Positions 1 through 9,009 of a stretch of 24,000 bases of DNA are shown here, piece after piece (within the stretch, counting starts at the first letter, position 1; each line of letters starts with the position of its first letter). Position numbers and translations under genes: made by a program. Below the pieces are notes generated by a model. The model did not search any database. It was given only the letters and a program-made list of their open reading frames with translations, and was not told the DNA's origin. This stretch comes from Alteribacillus bidgolensis (lineage in GTDB: Bacteria > Bacillota > Bacilli > Bacillales > Marinococcaceae), in NCBI RefSeq assembly GCF_002886255.1, contig NZ_KZ614149.1:476646-500645 (forward strand). Direction: 5' to 3'.

Positions 1-1
1 T

Positions 2-229
2 TTTGGGCACGGCCTTGGACACGGTTTAGGGATGGAGGTTCATGAAGGGCCGCAGCTCTCTCCTAAAGGCAAAAATATATTGAAACCGGGAATGGTTGTA
101 ACCGTTGAACCTGGTATTTATGTTCCTGAGGTTGGGGGAACTCGTATTGAAGATGATATTGTGATTACGAAACAGGGGAATGAAAGACTTACCCGTTCTC
201 CAAAAGAATTAATCATAGTTGGAGAATGA
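2..229 (+). CDS. C-terminal part of Xaa-Pro peptidase / aminopeptidase P family (M24), truncated by window start
   Basis: Frame 2 reads [56 protein letters not shown]..., carrying M24 motifs (GHGxGHxxGxxxHE, VEPGIY, GxRxEDD). It lies directly upstream of efp as in Bacillus (yqhT-efp). Stop TGA at 227-229. Confidence 0.92.
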   Translation, partial: FGHGLGHGLGMEVHEGPQLSPKGKNILKPGMVVTVEPGIYVPEVGGTRIEDDIVITKQGNERLTRSPKELIIVGE

Positions 230-259
230 TTCGTATATAAACGATACCTATGTTATAGT
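230..259 (+). promoter_or_regulatory. Possible sigA-type promoter for efp
   Basis: TTCGTA (230-235), 18-nt spacer, TATAGT (254-259), 40 nt upstream of the efp start. Confidence 0.4.
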
Positions 260-299
260 AGAACGGAATGAATGATTTGGCAGATATGGAGGAAATGTT

Positions 300-857
300 A
301 TGATTTCAGTAAATGATTTTAAAACGGGCCTAACAGTAGAAGTAGACAATGACATTTGGCAGGTCATTGATTTTCAACATGTTAAACCTGGAAAAGGTGC
401 AGCGTTTGTAAGGTCCAAATTGCGCAGCCTTCGGACCGGCAACATTCAAGAAAAAACATTTCGTGCCGGAGAAAAAATAAACCGGGCACACATAGAACGC
501 CGCAAAATGCAATATTTGTATTCGAGCGGAGATGACCATACTTTCATGGATAACGAAACATTTGATCAACTGGAACTAACGAGTAAGCAAATTGAACAGC
601 AGCTTAACTTTTTGAAAGAAAATATGGAAGTACAAATTATAACGTACGGATCAGAAACACTTGGAGTAGAAGTGCCAAATACAGTAGAACTAGAAGTAAC
701 TGAAACAGAGCCTGGTATTAAAGGAGATACTGCTTCAGGTGGAACAAAACCAGCTGTACTTGAAACAGGCTACACGGTTCAAGTTCCTTTCTTTGTTAAT
801 GAAGGTGAAAAACTTGTTATAGATACTAGAAGCGGTGAGTATGTATCAAGGGCATAA
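300..857 (+). CDS. efp: Elongation factor P
   Basis: 185 aa; [59 protein letters not shown] is classic EF-P. Confidence 0.98.
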   Translation: MISVNDFKTGLTVEVDNDIWQVIDFQHVKPGKGAAFVRSKLRSLRTGNIQEKTFRAGEKINRAHIERRKMQYLYSSGDDHTFMDNETFDQLELTSKQIEQQLNFLKENMEVQIITYGSETLGVEVPNTVELEVTETEPGIKGDTASGGTKPAVLETGYTVQVPFFVNEGEKLVIDTRSGEYVSRA

Positions 858-871
858 TTATATTTTTTAGA

Positions 872-902
872 GGAGCTATTTAAAAGAATAGTTCCTTTTT
901 TC
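872..902 (+). terminator. Rho-independent terminator after efp
   Basis: GGAGCTATT (872-880) / AATAGTTCC (887-895) with one G-T wobble, followed by a T run. Confidence 0.75.
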
Positions 903-1252
903 GGTTTTAGAAAAGGATAAAATTATATTTGCACATAAAGACTCGGTGGCAAGCCGTTTTTTCTACACCATTTAAACGAACATATGTTCTTGAAACGTAG
1001 TCCTCAGTTACATAAAAAAAGGAAGTTTGTCTGAGTATATGCTCTGAAGACAAAGGTGTATCCGTTGTTAAGAACCGTTACTTCTTATTGCGTCTGGAAG
1101 ATCTTTTTTCCATTTTAAAGTATTTACTCTCAATAGTTAGAAATTAAACCATTTCCCTTTTGGTTAACCCCCTTGCCATGATGTCTTTCCAGTTCTATAA
1201 AGAAAAAAGATGAATAAAGTGTACAAACAGCAGGTTGGGAGGAGGAGAAGAA

Positions 1253-2176
1253 ATGGATGACATCTTTGCGCTGTTGCCTGAAAATCTACAACAATTATTT
1301 GATAAAATTTCTAATTGGTTTTCCATAGAAGAAATTCGGATTAGAATATTTTCTCCCGTAGAGATCATAACGTCAGAAAAAGCATTTTATCTTTGTAACA
1401 ATGATAATGACCCGTATGTCATTACGGAGGAGGATATTGAATATATATTAAACCAGTTAAGCGAATTTTCGATGTATGCATTTCAGGAAGAATTGAAGCA
1501 AGGTTTCATAACGACCAGAGGAGGACATCGGGTTGGTGTCGGAGGACAAGTCATCCATGAAAAAGGGATTATACAAAGTTTAAAACATATTCGATATTTT
1601 AACATTAGAGTTGCGAAAGACCATAAAGGAGCAGCTAAGCAATATTTAGACAAGCTATATGCAAATGGTTATGACGATACATTAATCATTGGTGCTCCTC
1701 AATCGGGTAAAACAACCTTCCTTCGTGATCTTGCTAGATGTGCTAGTAAAGGTATGCCCGAAATAAATCTGCCTTCAAAAAAAGTAGCGATTGTTGATGA
1801 ACGTTCTGAGCTGGCCGCGTGTTATAAAGGAATCCCTTCTTTTGATGTTGGGCCGAGGACAGATGTGTTAGATGGCTGTCCAAAAGCTGTAGGAATGATG
1901 ATGATGATTCGATCGATGAGTCCTGAAATGATAATTGTAGATGAAATCGGGAGACCAGAAGATGCAGAAGCGATTATGGAAGCCATACATGCAGGTGTAA
2001 CGATTGTTTGTTCTGCACATGGAACTTCACTTAATGAGATTAAAAGACGTCCCATTCTACAAGAATTATTGACTAATGGAATTTTTAGTAATATTGTTAC
2101 GCTCACTCGAAGGCAAGGAGCCATGAATGCAAATATAGACAGCTTTGTAAAATGGCAAAAGGCGGCTGAAAAATGA
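1253..2176 (+). CDS. spoIIIAA: Stage III sporulation protein AA (ATPase)
   Basis: ORF 1235-2176. The likely start is ATG 1253 after GGAGGAGGAG. Walker-type GAPQSGKTTFLRDLAR, DERSELAACYKG, PEMIIVDEIGR. Confidence 0.96.
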   Translation: MDDIFALLPENLQQLFDKISNWFSIEEIRIRIFSPVEIITSEKAFYLCNNDNDPYVITEEDIEYILNQLSEFSMYAFQEELKQGFITTRGGHRVGVGGQVIHEKGIIQSLKHIRYFNIRVAKDHKGAAKQYLDKLYANGYDDTLIIGAPQSGKTTFLRDLARCASKGMPEINLPSKKVAIVDERSELAACYKGIPSFDVGPRTDVLDGCPKAVGMMMMIRSMSPEMIIVDEIGRPEDAEAIMEAIHAGVTIVCSAHGTSLNEIKRRPILQELLTNGIFSNIVTLTRRQGAMNANIDSFVKWQKAAEK

Positions 2177-2685
2177 GCTGGCTTGGTGCTTTATTTATAT
2201 TAACCGCATGCACGTGGATTGGTTTTGAAATTGCAAAAAAACTGACAGAAAGGCCGAGGCAGCTGCGCCAATTAAAAGTTGCGCTGCAAAGTTTTGAGGC
2301 AGAAATAATGTATGGAATGAGTCCGCTCGCTGAGGCAAGTGAAAAAATTAGTAAGCAGCTTCCGGCACCTGTGTCTTACTTGTTTAAATATTTTGGGGAT
2401 TATTTAAAAAACGGGGAACGTAATGCTCAAAAAGCTTGGACGAAAAGCCTTGAAGAAACATGGCCGTATACAGCTATGGGAGCACAGGAAAAAGAAGTAA
2501 TGATGCAATTTGGGTCCACGCTTGGAAAACACGAAAAAATGCAGCAGCAAAAACACATCAGACTAGCAATGGTCCATTTAGAAAAAGAAGAATCAGAAGC
2601 TAAGGAGAAACAAAACCGATATGAAAAGATGTCAAAAACACTTGGATTTTTAGCAGGATTGCTGTTAATTATACTGTTTTTATAG
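2173..2685 (+). CDS. spoIIIAB: Stage III sporulation protein AB
   Basis: 170 aa, overlaps the end of spoIIIAA; SpoIIIAB-like, in operon order. Confidence 0.93.
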   Translation: MSWLGALFILTACTWIGFEIAKKLTERPRQLRQLKVALQSFEAEIMYGMSPLAEASEKISKQLPAPVSYLFKYFGDYLKNGERNAQKAWTKSLEETWPYTAMGAQEKEVMMQFGSTLGKHEKMQQQKHIRLAMVHLEKEESEAKEKQNRYEKMSKTLGFLAGLLLIILFL

Positions 2686-2731
2686 TTGGATCAGTCCAGC
2701 CTCATTTTAGAGGACAAAGGGGGACACAGCA

Positions 2732-2938
2732 TTGGCCTATGATGTAAACACTATATTTCAAATAGCAGGCATTGGGATTATCGTAGCTATGATCCACACA
2801 GTATTAAAGCAAATGGGGAAAGAAGATTGGGCGCACTGGGTCACTTTAATTGGATTTGTCGTTGTTTTGTATATGGTTGCAACCATTATAGATGATCTTT
2901 TTCAAAAGATAAAAAGTGTTTTTTTGTTTCAAGGATAG
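2732..2938 (+). CDS. spoIIIAC: Stage III sporulation protein AC
   Basis: 68 aa, two TM segments, TTG start with AAAGGGGG ribosome binding site; position in operon. Confidence 0.93.
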   Translation: MAYDVNTIFQIAGIGIIVAMIHTVLKQMGKEDWAHWVTLIGFVVVLYMVATIIDDLFQKIKSVFLFQG

Positions 2939-2944
2939 GAGGCG

Positions 2945-3346
2945 ATGGTTATTGAAATCGTGCAAGTGGTCGGTTTCGGTCTCATCGCCACTTTTTTAAT
3001 TATGGTCATTAACGAACAAAAACCTGTTATCGCATTAGCTATTGCATTAGTAACAGGAGCAATGATTTTTTTGTTTATAATGGCTCCATTGCAAGCTGCG
3101 TTAGAACTCATCTCAACTCTCTCGGGACAAGCTGGCATTAATAATATGTATATTCAAACACTTTTAAAAATTATAGGCATTGCTTATTTATCTGAGTTTG
3201 GAGCTCATATAGCAAGAGATGCTGACCAGGAATCGATTGCTTCTAAAATTGAACTTGCAGGGAAAATGATGATTATTATGATGGCGATTCCAATCTTTCA
3301 AGTATTAATTGAAACGGTACTGGCTCTTATACCCGGCGGAGCGTAA
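2945..3346 (+). CDS. spoIIIAD: Stage III sporulation protein AD
   Basis: 133-aa hydrophobic protein: IVQVVGFGLIATFLIMVINEQKPVIALAIALVTG...; position in operon. Confidence 0.95.
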   Translation: MVIEIVQVVGFGLIATFLIMVINEQKPVIALAIALVTGAMIFLFIMAPLQAALELISTLSGQAGINNMYIQTLLKIIGIAYLSEFGAHIARDADQESIASKIELAGKMMIIMMAIPIFQVLIETVLALIPGGA

Positions 3347-3358
3347 GGATGTGAAATT

Positions 3359-4561
3359 ATGGTAAAAAAAATGTCTCTATGCATCCTTTTTATCATGTTG
3401 CTTTTACCTGGAATAGACACGTATGCAGAAACAGAAAACGAAGAGAAAGTTGATGGTGAAGAAAATACTGGGATTGAAGAGTTAAAAGAACAACACTTGG
3501 AATCTTTAGGGCTGGAAGAGGTAACGAAATTTTGGGAGCAGCTGTCAAGGGAGTACGGAGTTTTTTTACCAGAATCACAAAAAGGGTCCATTAAAGATTT
3601 CTTAACTGGTGACAAGTCGTTTCATCCCAAAGAATGGGGTATAGCTTTCATTCGTTTTTCGCTGCATGAAGTAACAGCAAATGGGCAATTGATGGGGACA
3701 TTGCTGCTGCTGGCTGTATTTAGTGCGATATTAAAGGCATTACAAAATGCTTTTGAAGAGGAATCGGTTAGTAAAGCAGCATACGGTGTCATTTTCATTG
3801 TATTAATAATTATTGCCCTAAACAGTTTTTATATTGCAATGAATTATGTGCAAGAAACCGTAGCTGACATGGTCCATTTTATGATTGCTCTACTGCCTTT
3901 AATGCTTGCTCTTTTAGCTTCTAGCGGATCATTTGCTACCGCTGGTTTATTTCATCCTCTCGTTATAATGCTCGTACAATCGAGCGGTATATTAATACAG
4001 TACGTTATTTTACCTTTTTTATTTTTCTCGGCAGTACTTAGCATTGTAAGCAGCTTAAATGAACACATCAAAGTAACTAAACTTGCTGAATTACTAAGAA
4101 ATGCTGCTATGGGTGTACTGGCTGTATTTTTTACCGTTTTTCTAGGAGTAATTTCAGTTCAAGGGGCAACCGCAGCTGTAACAGATGGAATTGCTATCCG
4201 GACTACTAAATTTCTAGCAGGTAACTTTGTTCCAGTAATCGGGAGAATGTTTACGGACGCTGCAGATACAGCGCTTGGCGCATCTGTACTTCTTAAAAAC
4301 ACAATTGGACTTGCCGGTGTAGGGATACTTTTTATTATTTGTGCGTTTCCAGCTATTAAAATTTTAGTTATTGGATTTATTTTTCACTTAACGGCAGCAT
4401 TAATACAGCCTTTGGGCGAAGGTGCGTTACTTGATGCCCTTTCTACACTGGGAAAAACAGTACTTTCCATGTTCGCGGCATTAGCAGCTGTATCTTTCAT
4501 GTTTTTCCTTGCACTTACATTAATTATAGCTTCAGGGAATATTTCTTTGATGGTGAGGTGA
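3359..4561 (+). CDS. spoIIIAE: Stage III sporulation protein AE
   Basis: 400 aa with signal-like N-terminus and multi-TM domain; position in operon. Confidence 0.95.
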   Translation: MVKKMSLCILFIMLLLPGIDTYAETENEEKVDGEENTGIEELKEQHLESLGLEEVTKFWEQLSREYGVFLPESQKGSIKDFLTGDKSFHPKEWGIAFIRFSLHEVTANGQLMGTLLLLAVFSAILKALQNAFEEESVSKAAYGVIFIVLIIIALNSFYIAMNYVQETVADMVHFMIALLPLMLALLASSGSFATAGLFHPLVIMLVQSSGILIQYVILPFLFFSAVLSIVSSLNEHIKVTKLAELLRNAAMGVLAVFFTVFLGVISVQGATAAVTDGIAIRTTKFLAGNFVPVIGRMFTDAADTALGASVLLKNTIGLAGVGILFIICAFPAIKILVIGFIFHLTAALIQPLGEGALLDALSTLGKTVLSMFAALAAVSFMFFLALTLIIASGNISLMVR

Positions 4562-4567
4562 ATCACA

Positions 4568-5185
4568 ATGGATTGGTTAACCAGCTGGATGAGCAATTTA
4601 ATTGTTTTTTTGCTTGCTGCGTTCTTATTAGAAATGCTGCTTCCGGCCTCATCATTGCAAAAATATGCCAGGCTGGTGCTTTCTTTTATATTAATGCTTA
4701 TAATTATTGAACCTCTTTTATCGTTAACAAATGGACAAGTAGAAGATATATGGGAGCAAGAATTAGCAAACTTGAATTTCCAGCCAATTCAATCGGCATC
4801 GATAGAATCTAACATGAATAATAAGAAAAACGAAATAGAAGAGGGACAAGATGCATATATTTCTAAACAAGTATCTAACCATCTAAGAGAACAAGTAGAA
4901 GAAACAATAAAAGAACGTTGGGGGTGGGAAATTGAAGAGCTCCAAACAGAATGGGAAGGAGACGATCCAGAAGAAATGAAGGTTTATCTTTCCCTTGCTA
5001 GATTTTCACCTGAAGAAAACAAGACGGATATTGAACCAGTAAACATTCAGGTGGAAGAAACGGAAGAAATAGATGACAAAGAAAAAATTTCAGCAATAGA
5101 ACAGGACGTATACTCGTATTTGACGCAAACATGGGAAGTAGATGAAGAACAAATTCACATCACAACAGCAAAGGAGGGGGGATAG
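4568..5185 (+). CDS. spoIIIAF: Stage III sporulation protein AF
   Basis: 205 aa; two N-terminal TMs; LTSWMSNLIVFLLAAFLLEMLLPASSLQKYARLVLSFILMLIIIEPLL. Confidence 0.93.
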   Translation: MDWLTSWMSNLIVFLLAAFLLEMLLPASSLQKYARLVLSFILMLIIIEPLLSLTNGQVEDIWEQELANLNFQPIQSASIESNMNNKKNEIEEGQDAYISKQVSNHLREQVEETIKERWGWEIEELQTEWEGDDPEEMKVYLSLARFSPEENKTDIEPVNIQVEETEEIDDKEKISAIEQDVYSYLTQTWEVDEEQIHITTAKEGG

Positions 5186-5853
5186 TGGCTGAACACAACG
5201 ATAAACAAAACGTAAAAGAGCGTTTTAAAAAATGGTTCGATAAAGAAGAGAAAACAACTTCGAAAAAACCGGTTCCCATTTACCTCGTCATCATCTTAAT
5301 ATTTGGGATTATTTTAATGGTTATAGGGACTTTGGGTAAAGAAAAAGAGGAAGAACCTTCTGATCAACAATGGGTTCAAGATAAACAAGAACAAGAAGAA
5401 TCTTTAGAAGTGAATTCTAAAACGTCCGAAAAATCCGATATGTCTGATGCAGAAAGAGCTATTCAAACCAGATTAGGTGAAATGCTTGAAAAAATTTCAG
5501 GAGTTTCAGAGGTAACCGTAATGGTGAATTTACAAGGAACTGAAGAAAAAGTGTATGAAAAAGATACTACGATACGTCAACAAATTACTTCAGAAGAAGA
5601 TCGTGAGGGTGGAAAAAGAGATTTAGAAGACGGAACGAAAGAGGAACAAGTTGTGATTATAAGACAAGGTGAACAGGAAGAACCACTTCTTATTCATACA
5701 AAAAAACCAGAGGCAAGGGGGGTGCTTGTCGTTGCTGAAGGGGTGGAAGACATAAAAGTAAAGGAATGGGTGGTTGAAGCGGTAACAAAAGTAATGGATA
5801 TTCCACCGCATAAAGTATCTATATTGCCAAGGAACAGGGAGGAAGGAGAATAA
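5185..5853 (+). CDS. spoIIIAG: Stage III sporulation protein AG
   Basis: 222 aa; one TM and a KISGVSEVTVMVNLQGTEEKVYEKD domain; order in operon. Confidence 0.93.
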   Translation: MAEHNDKQNVKERFKKWFDKEEKTTSKKPVPIYLVIILIFGIILMVIGTLGKEKEEEPSDQQWVQDKQEQEESLEVNSKTSEKSDMSDAERAIQTRLGEMLEKISGVSEVTVMVNLQGTEEKVYEKDTTIRQQITSEEDREGGKRDLEDGTKEEQVVIIRQGEQEEPLLIHTKKPEARGVLVVAEGVEDIKVKEWVVEAVTKVMDIPPHKVSILPRNREEGE

Positions 5854-5855
5854 AT

Positions 5856-6521
5856 ATGGTATTAAAAAAACAAACCGTATGGTTAATGACGATGCTTAGT
5901 TTAACAATTGTTCTAGCCGTTTATTATATTACGTCGCCAAGCGAGGTCGCAGAGAACGACCCAGAAGCGGATGAAACGAGTGAAATGACTGCTGCAACAG
6001 AAGATGAAGATTGGGTAGAGTGGCTTTCAGAAGAGGATATGGAAACGGCAATTGAAGAAACAGAACCTCCAACAGAAGGGGGAGAAACTGGAGCTGAAGA
6101 GGAAGAAGAAGTTCCAGCGGAGGAAGCAGAAATACACAATGAAAACCAGGAAGCAAACACACAAGGGAACTTATTTAGTGAGCTGCGCTTAGAAAGGGAT
6201 GAATCAAGAAGCAGATTACGAGAAGAATATACGGAGGCGATTGCGTCTGAAGATTATTCTGCTGCAGAGAAAAGCGAAGTCTTTGATAAGAGAGAACAAT
6301 TGCAAGAGAAACAGCAGAATGAAAGTATGCTTGAAAGCTTAATTCAATCAGAAGGATATGAAGATGCCGTTGTCATTTCAGAAGAAGATAGAACTAGAAT
6401 TATTGTCCAGGCAGAAGAGTTAACACGAGAAGATGCAGTGATGCTAAATCGGCTTGCTGCCGAACACTTAGATGTGTCTGATGTGGTCATTGGACACCAG
6501 GCAACAGCAGCAGGACAGTAA
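5856..6521 (+). CDS. spoIIIAH: Stage III sporulation protein AH (SpoIIQ partner)
   Basis: 221 aa: MVLKKQTVWLMTMLSLTIVLAVYYI...; C-terminal AH domain; last gene of the operon. Confidence 0.93.
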   Translation: MVLKKQTVWLMTMLSLTIVLAVYYITSPSEVAENDPEADETSEMTAATEDEDWVEWLSEEDMETAIEETEPPTEGGETGAEEEEEVPAEEAEIHNENQEANTQGNLFSELRLERDESRSRLREEYTEAIASEDYSAAEKSEVFDKREQLQEKQQNESMLESLIQSEGYEDAVVISEEDRTRIIVQAEELTREDAVMLNRLAAEHLDVSDVVIGHQATAAGQ

Positions 6522-6525
6522 GAAA

Positions 6526-6570
6526 AAGCCTGTGGGACAATCTAACATTGTCTTACAGGCTTAATATTTT
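6526..6570 (+). terminator. Long terminator-like hairpin after spoIIIAH
   Basis: AAGCCTGT (6526-6533) pairs with ACAGGCTT (6555-6562), plus inner GACAAT (6536-6541) / ATTGTC (6547-6552). The T run after it is weak. Confidence 0.55.
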
Positions 6571-6710
6571 AAATACATATTTTAAACACACATGTTTTTA
6601 TCATATAGACGTGTTTGAAGGGGATAATGAAAAATAGACTTCACCATGATATAATTTTAGTATACGTTTAAAACTTAGTGTTAACTAGCTGATGAGGAGC
6701 GATTTTATTC

Positions 6711-7079
6711 ATGGAATGGAACGATTTAACAGACGGAGCTAAAGCTGTATTAGAACAAACGCGAAACATAAAAAATGACCACATACAGATCGTTGAATTT
6801 GAAGTTGGTTTTGAGCATGAATATGGAGAAGGTGAAAACACCTATACCGTTTCCATACAAGAAGAGGATTATGAGAATTTGAAACGTTTCACTAAGGAAA
6901 ATGAATATGGAGATAAATACCATATGGCAAGAAATAAAAACATCGTAAAGATCATTTTGCTAGAAAATGGAAAAATCCCCGATAATCTTTCGGAGTTTCC
7001 TGTTTTTCGTCAATATAAGTTTGATTACGTCCAAAAACAAGCTGAAAAAGCCGAGGAAGTTAATACAGAAGAAGATTGA
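6711..7079 (+). CDS. Uncharacterised 122-aa acidic protein
   Basis: Complete ORF; MEWNDLTDGAKAVLEQTRNIKNDHIQIVEFEVGFEHEYGEGENTYTVSIQEEDYENLKRF.... ATG preceded by a weak purine-rich region. No family recognised. Confidence 0.75.
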   Translation: MEWNDLTDGAKAVLEQTRNIKNDHIQIVEFEVGFEHEYGEGENTYTVSIQEEDYENLKRFTKENEYGDKYHMARNKNIVKIILLENGKIPDNLSEFPVFRQYKFDYVQKQAEKAEEVNTEED

Positions 7080-7129
7080 TTTGGAAAGTAATTGGTGTTT
7101 TTATTGTTTAAGCCATGGAGGTGAGAAGC

Positions 7130-7525
7130 ATGAATGAATACCGCACGATTGATTTGGAAGAAGAAAAGAATGAGTTAGGTAAAATAGAAATATCTCCTGA
7201 AGTCATTGAAGTTATTGCCGGACTCGCTGCATCTGAAGTGGAAGGAGTCCACTCTTTAAGAGGTAACTTTGCTGCAGGAGTTGTGGAGCGGCTCGGTCGT
7301 AAAAATCATGGCAAAGGCGTAAAAGTGGAACTTGGCGAAGAAGGGATTACTATTGAATTATCTGTAACGCTGCGTTACGGGGTTTCTGTACCGGAAGTGG
7401 CGAGAAATATTCAGACTAATATTCAACAGGCGCTTCAAACTATGACTTCTATTACTTTAGATTCCATTAACATTCATGTGCTCGGTATCCAATTTGAGGT
7501 GCAAGATGAAGAGGGAGAACAATAA
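7130..7525 (+). CDS. yqhY: Asp23/Gls24 family envelope stress response protein (YqhY-like)
   Basis: ORF 7115-7525. The likely start is ATG 7130 after GGAGGTGAG. GKIEISPEVIEVIAGLAASEVEGVHSLRG is the Asp23 signature; located before nusB. Confidence 0.92.
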   Translation: MNEYRTIDLEEEKNELGKIEISPEVIEVIAGLAASEVEGVHSLRGNFAAGVVERLGRKNHGKGVKVELGEEGITIELSVTLRYGVSVPEVARNIQTNIQQALQTMTSITLDSINIHVLGIQFEVQDEEGEQ

Positions 7526-7573
7526 ACGAGGCTTTTTATTGCAATTCATTTGCTAGTGCAGAATTATTGTTAA

Positions 7574-7628
7574 GGGGCTGATAAGTGATGGCTGGAAAAA
7601 GTGCTGTCATTGCAGCCTCTTTTTTTCC
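7574..7628 (+). terminator. Terminator between yqhY and nusB
   Basis: GGGGCTG (7574-7580) can pair with CAGCCTC (7613-7619), followed by a run of T residues. Confidence 0.6.
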
Positions 7629-7738
7629 CTGCGAAGAAAGTATAAAATATTACTGGTGAACAAGTATAAGTAAAACTACGGCATTCAACGTACAAAATGT
7701 ATGAGTTGCGATAGTTTTTTTAAAAAGGAGAATAGAGT

Positions 7739-8137
7739 ATGAACCGACGTCTAGCACGATTAAGAGCTGTTCAGGCATTGTATCAAATGGAGCTCACAGA
7801 TGCAGGTTGGCAAGCAGCATTAAACAACTCTCTTGAAGAAGATGAAACAGCTGATGAATTTTTAACTACATCTGTAAAGGGAACGTTAGATCATTTAACT
7901 GAAATAGATAATAAGATACAAAATCACTTAGAACACTGGACTTTGGAGAGAGTCGGAAATGTTGACCGTTCTATTCTTCGAAAAGCTGTGCATGAAATGT
8001 TGTATATGGAAGATATTCCGCTGCATGTCAGTGTTAATGAGGCAATTGAACTTGCAAAAGCTTTCGGGGGCACGGAATCTGGAAAATTTGTCAATGGCGT
8101 ATTATCTAATATATTAAAACAATGTGAAAGTGATTAA
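7739..8137 (+). CDS. nusB: Transcription antitermination factor NusB
   Basis: 132 aa; MNRRLARLRAVQALYQMEL...NKIQNHLEHWTLERVGNVDRSILRKAVHEMLY...NEAIELAKAFGG. Confidence 0.97.
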   Translation: MNRRLARLRAVQALYQMELTDAGWQAALNNSLEEDETADEFLTTSVKGTLDHLTEIDNKIQNHLEHWTLERVGNVDRSILRKAVHEMLYMEDIPLHVSVNEAIELAKAFGGTESGKFVNGVLSNILKQCESD

Positions 8138-8155
8138 AACAAGGAGAGGATAAGA

Positions 8156-9004
8156 ATGAGTGCAACTATTATTAGCGGAAAAGAAGTAGCTTCAAGTTTA
8201 CGAGAAGAAATCAAGAAAGAAGTGAATTCTATTAGTATTACACCAGGACTAGCTGTGATTCTTGTAGGGGATAATCCTGCTTCTAGATCATATGTGAAAG
8301 GCAAGGAAAAAGCTTCAAAAGAAGTAGGCATTTATTCAGAATTAAAAGAGCTGTCTTCTGATATATCTGAAAAAGAATTGTTGGATATAGTTGATTATTA
8401 TAACGAAAAGCCTTCCATACATGGCATTCTTGTACAATTACCTCTACCAGGCCATATTTCAGAAAAGAAAGTGATTGAACATATTTCACCAGAGAAAGAC
8501 GTGGATGGCTTTCACCCTATAAATATAGGGCGGATGATGACAGGTAAGGATGCTTTTTTACCTTGTACACCATATGGTATATTACAAATGTTAAAATATA
8601 AAAATATCCAAACCGAAGGAAAGCATGCTGTCGTAGTTGGAAGAAGCAATATTGTCGGAAAACCTGTTGGACAGCTCCTTCTAAATGAAAATGCTACGGT
8701 TACATATTGTCATTCTAGAACCCCTGACTTAGCTTCTTTCACCTCAAAAGCTGATATCTTAATTGCAGCTGCAGGCAGAGCAGAATTTATAGACGCTGCA
8801 TACGTAAAAGAAGGAGCAGTTGTCATAGATGTAGGTATGAATCGCAAAGATGACGGAAAACTTTGCGGGGATGTAGCCTTTGAAGACGTGAAAGAAAAAG
8901 CTTCGTTTATAACTCCTGTACCAGGAGGAGTAGGCCCTATGACCATTACAATGCTGCTTTATAACACTTTGCAGTCAGCAAAGAAGCATGCAGAAAGGGT
9001 TTAA
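8156..9004 (+). CDS. folD: Methylenetetrahydrofolate dehydrogenase/cyclohydrolase
   Basis: 282 aa; [74 protein letters not shown]. Confidence 0.98.
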   Translation: MSATIISGKEVASSLREEIKKEVNSISITPGLAVILVGDNPASRSYVKGKEKASKEVGIYSELKELSSDISEKELLDIVDYYNEKPSIHGILVQLPLPGHISEKKVIEHISPEKDVDGFHPINIGRMMTGKDAFLPCTPYGILQMLKYKNIQTEGKHAVVVGRSNIVGKPVGQLLLNENATVTYCHSRTPDLASFTSKADILIAAAGRAEFIDAAYVKEGAVVIDVGMNRKDDGKLCGDVAFEDVKEKASFITPVPGGVGPMTITMLLYNTLQSAKKHAERV

Positions 9005-9009
9005 CTGTA

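Noticed and set aside
3298-3615. Antisense ORFs throughout (e.g. 330-569, 1822-2124, 2929-3138, 3298-3615, 5924-6160, 5929-6162, 8710-8946, 14595-14876, 17341-17685, 18737-18940, 22933-23163)
   Set aside because: All lie opposite well identified genes; low-quality shadow ORFs.
7586-7660. Tiny ORF MAGKSAVIAASFFPCEESIKYYW between yqhY and nusB
   Set aside because: It coincides with the terminator hairpin and T tract; a chance ORF is the simpler explanation.
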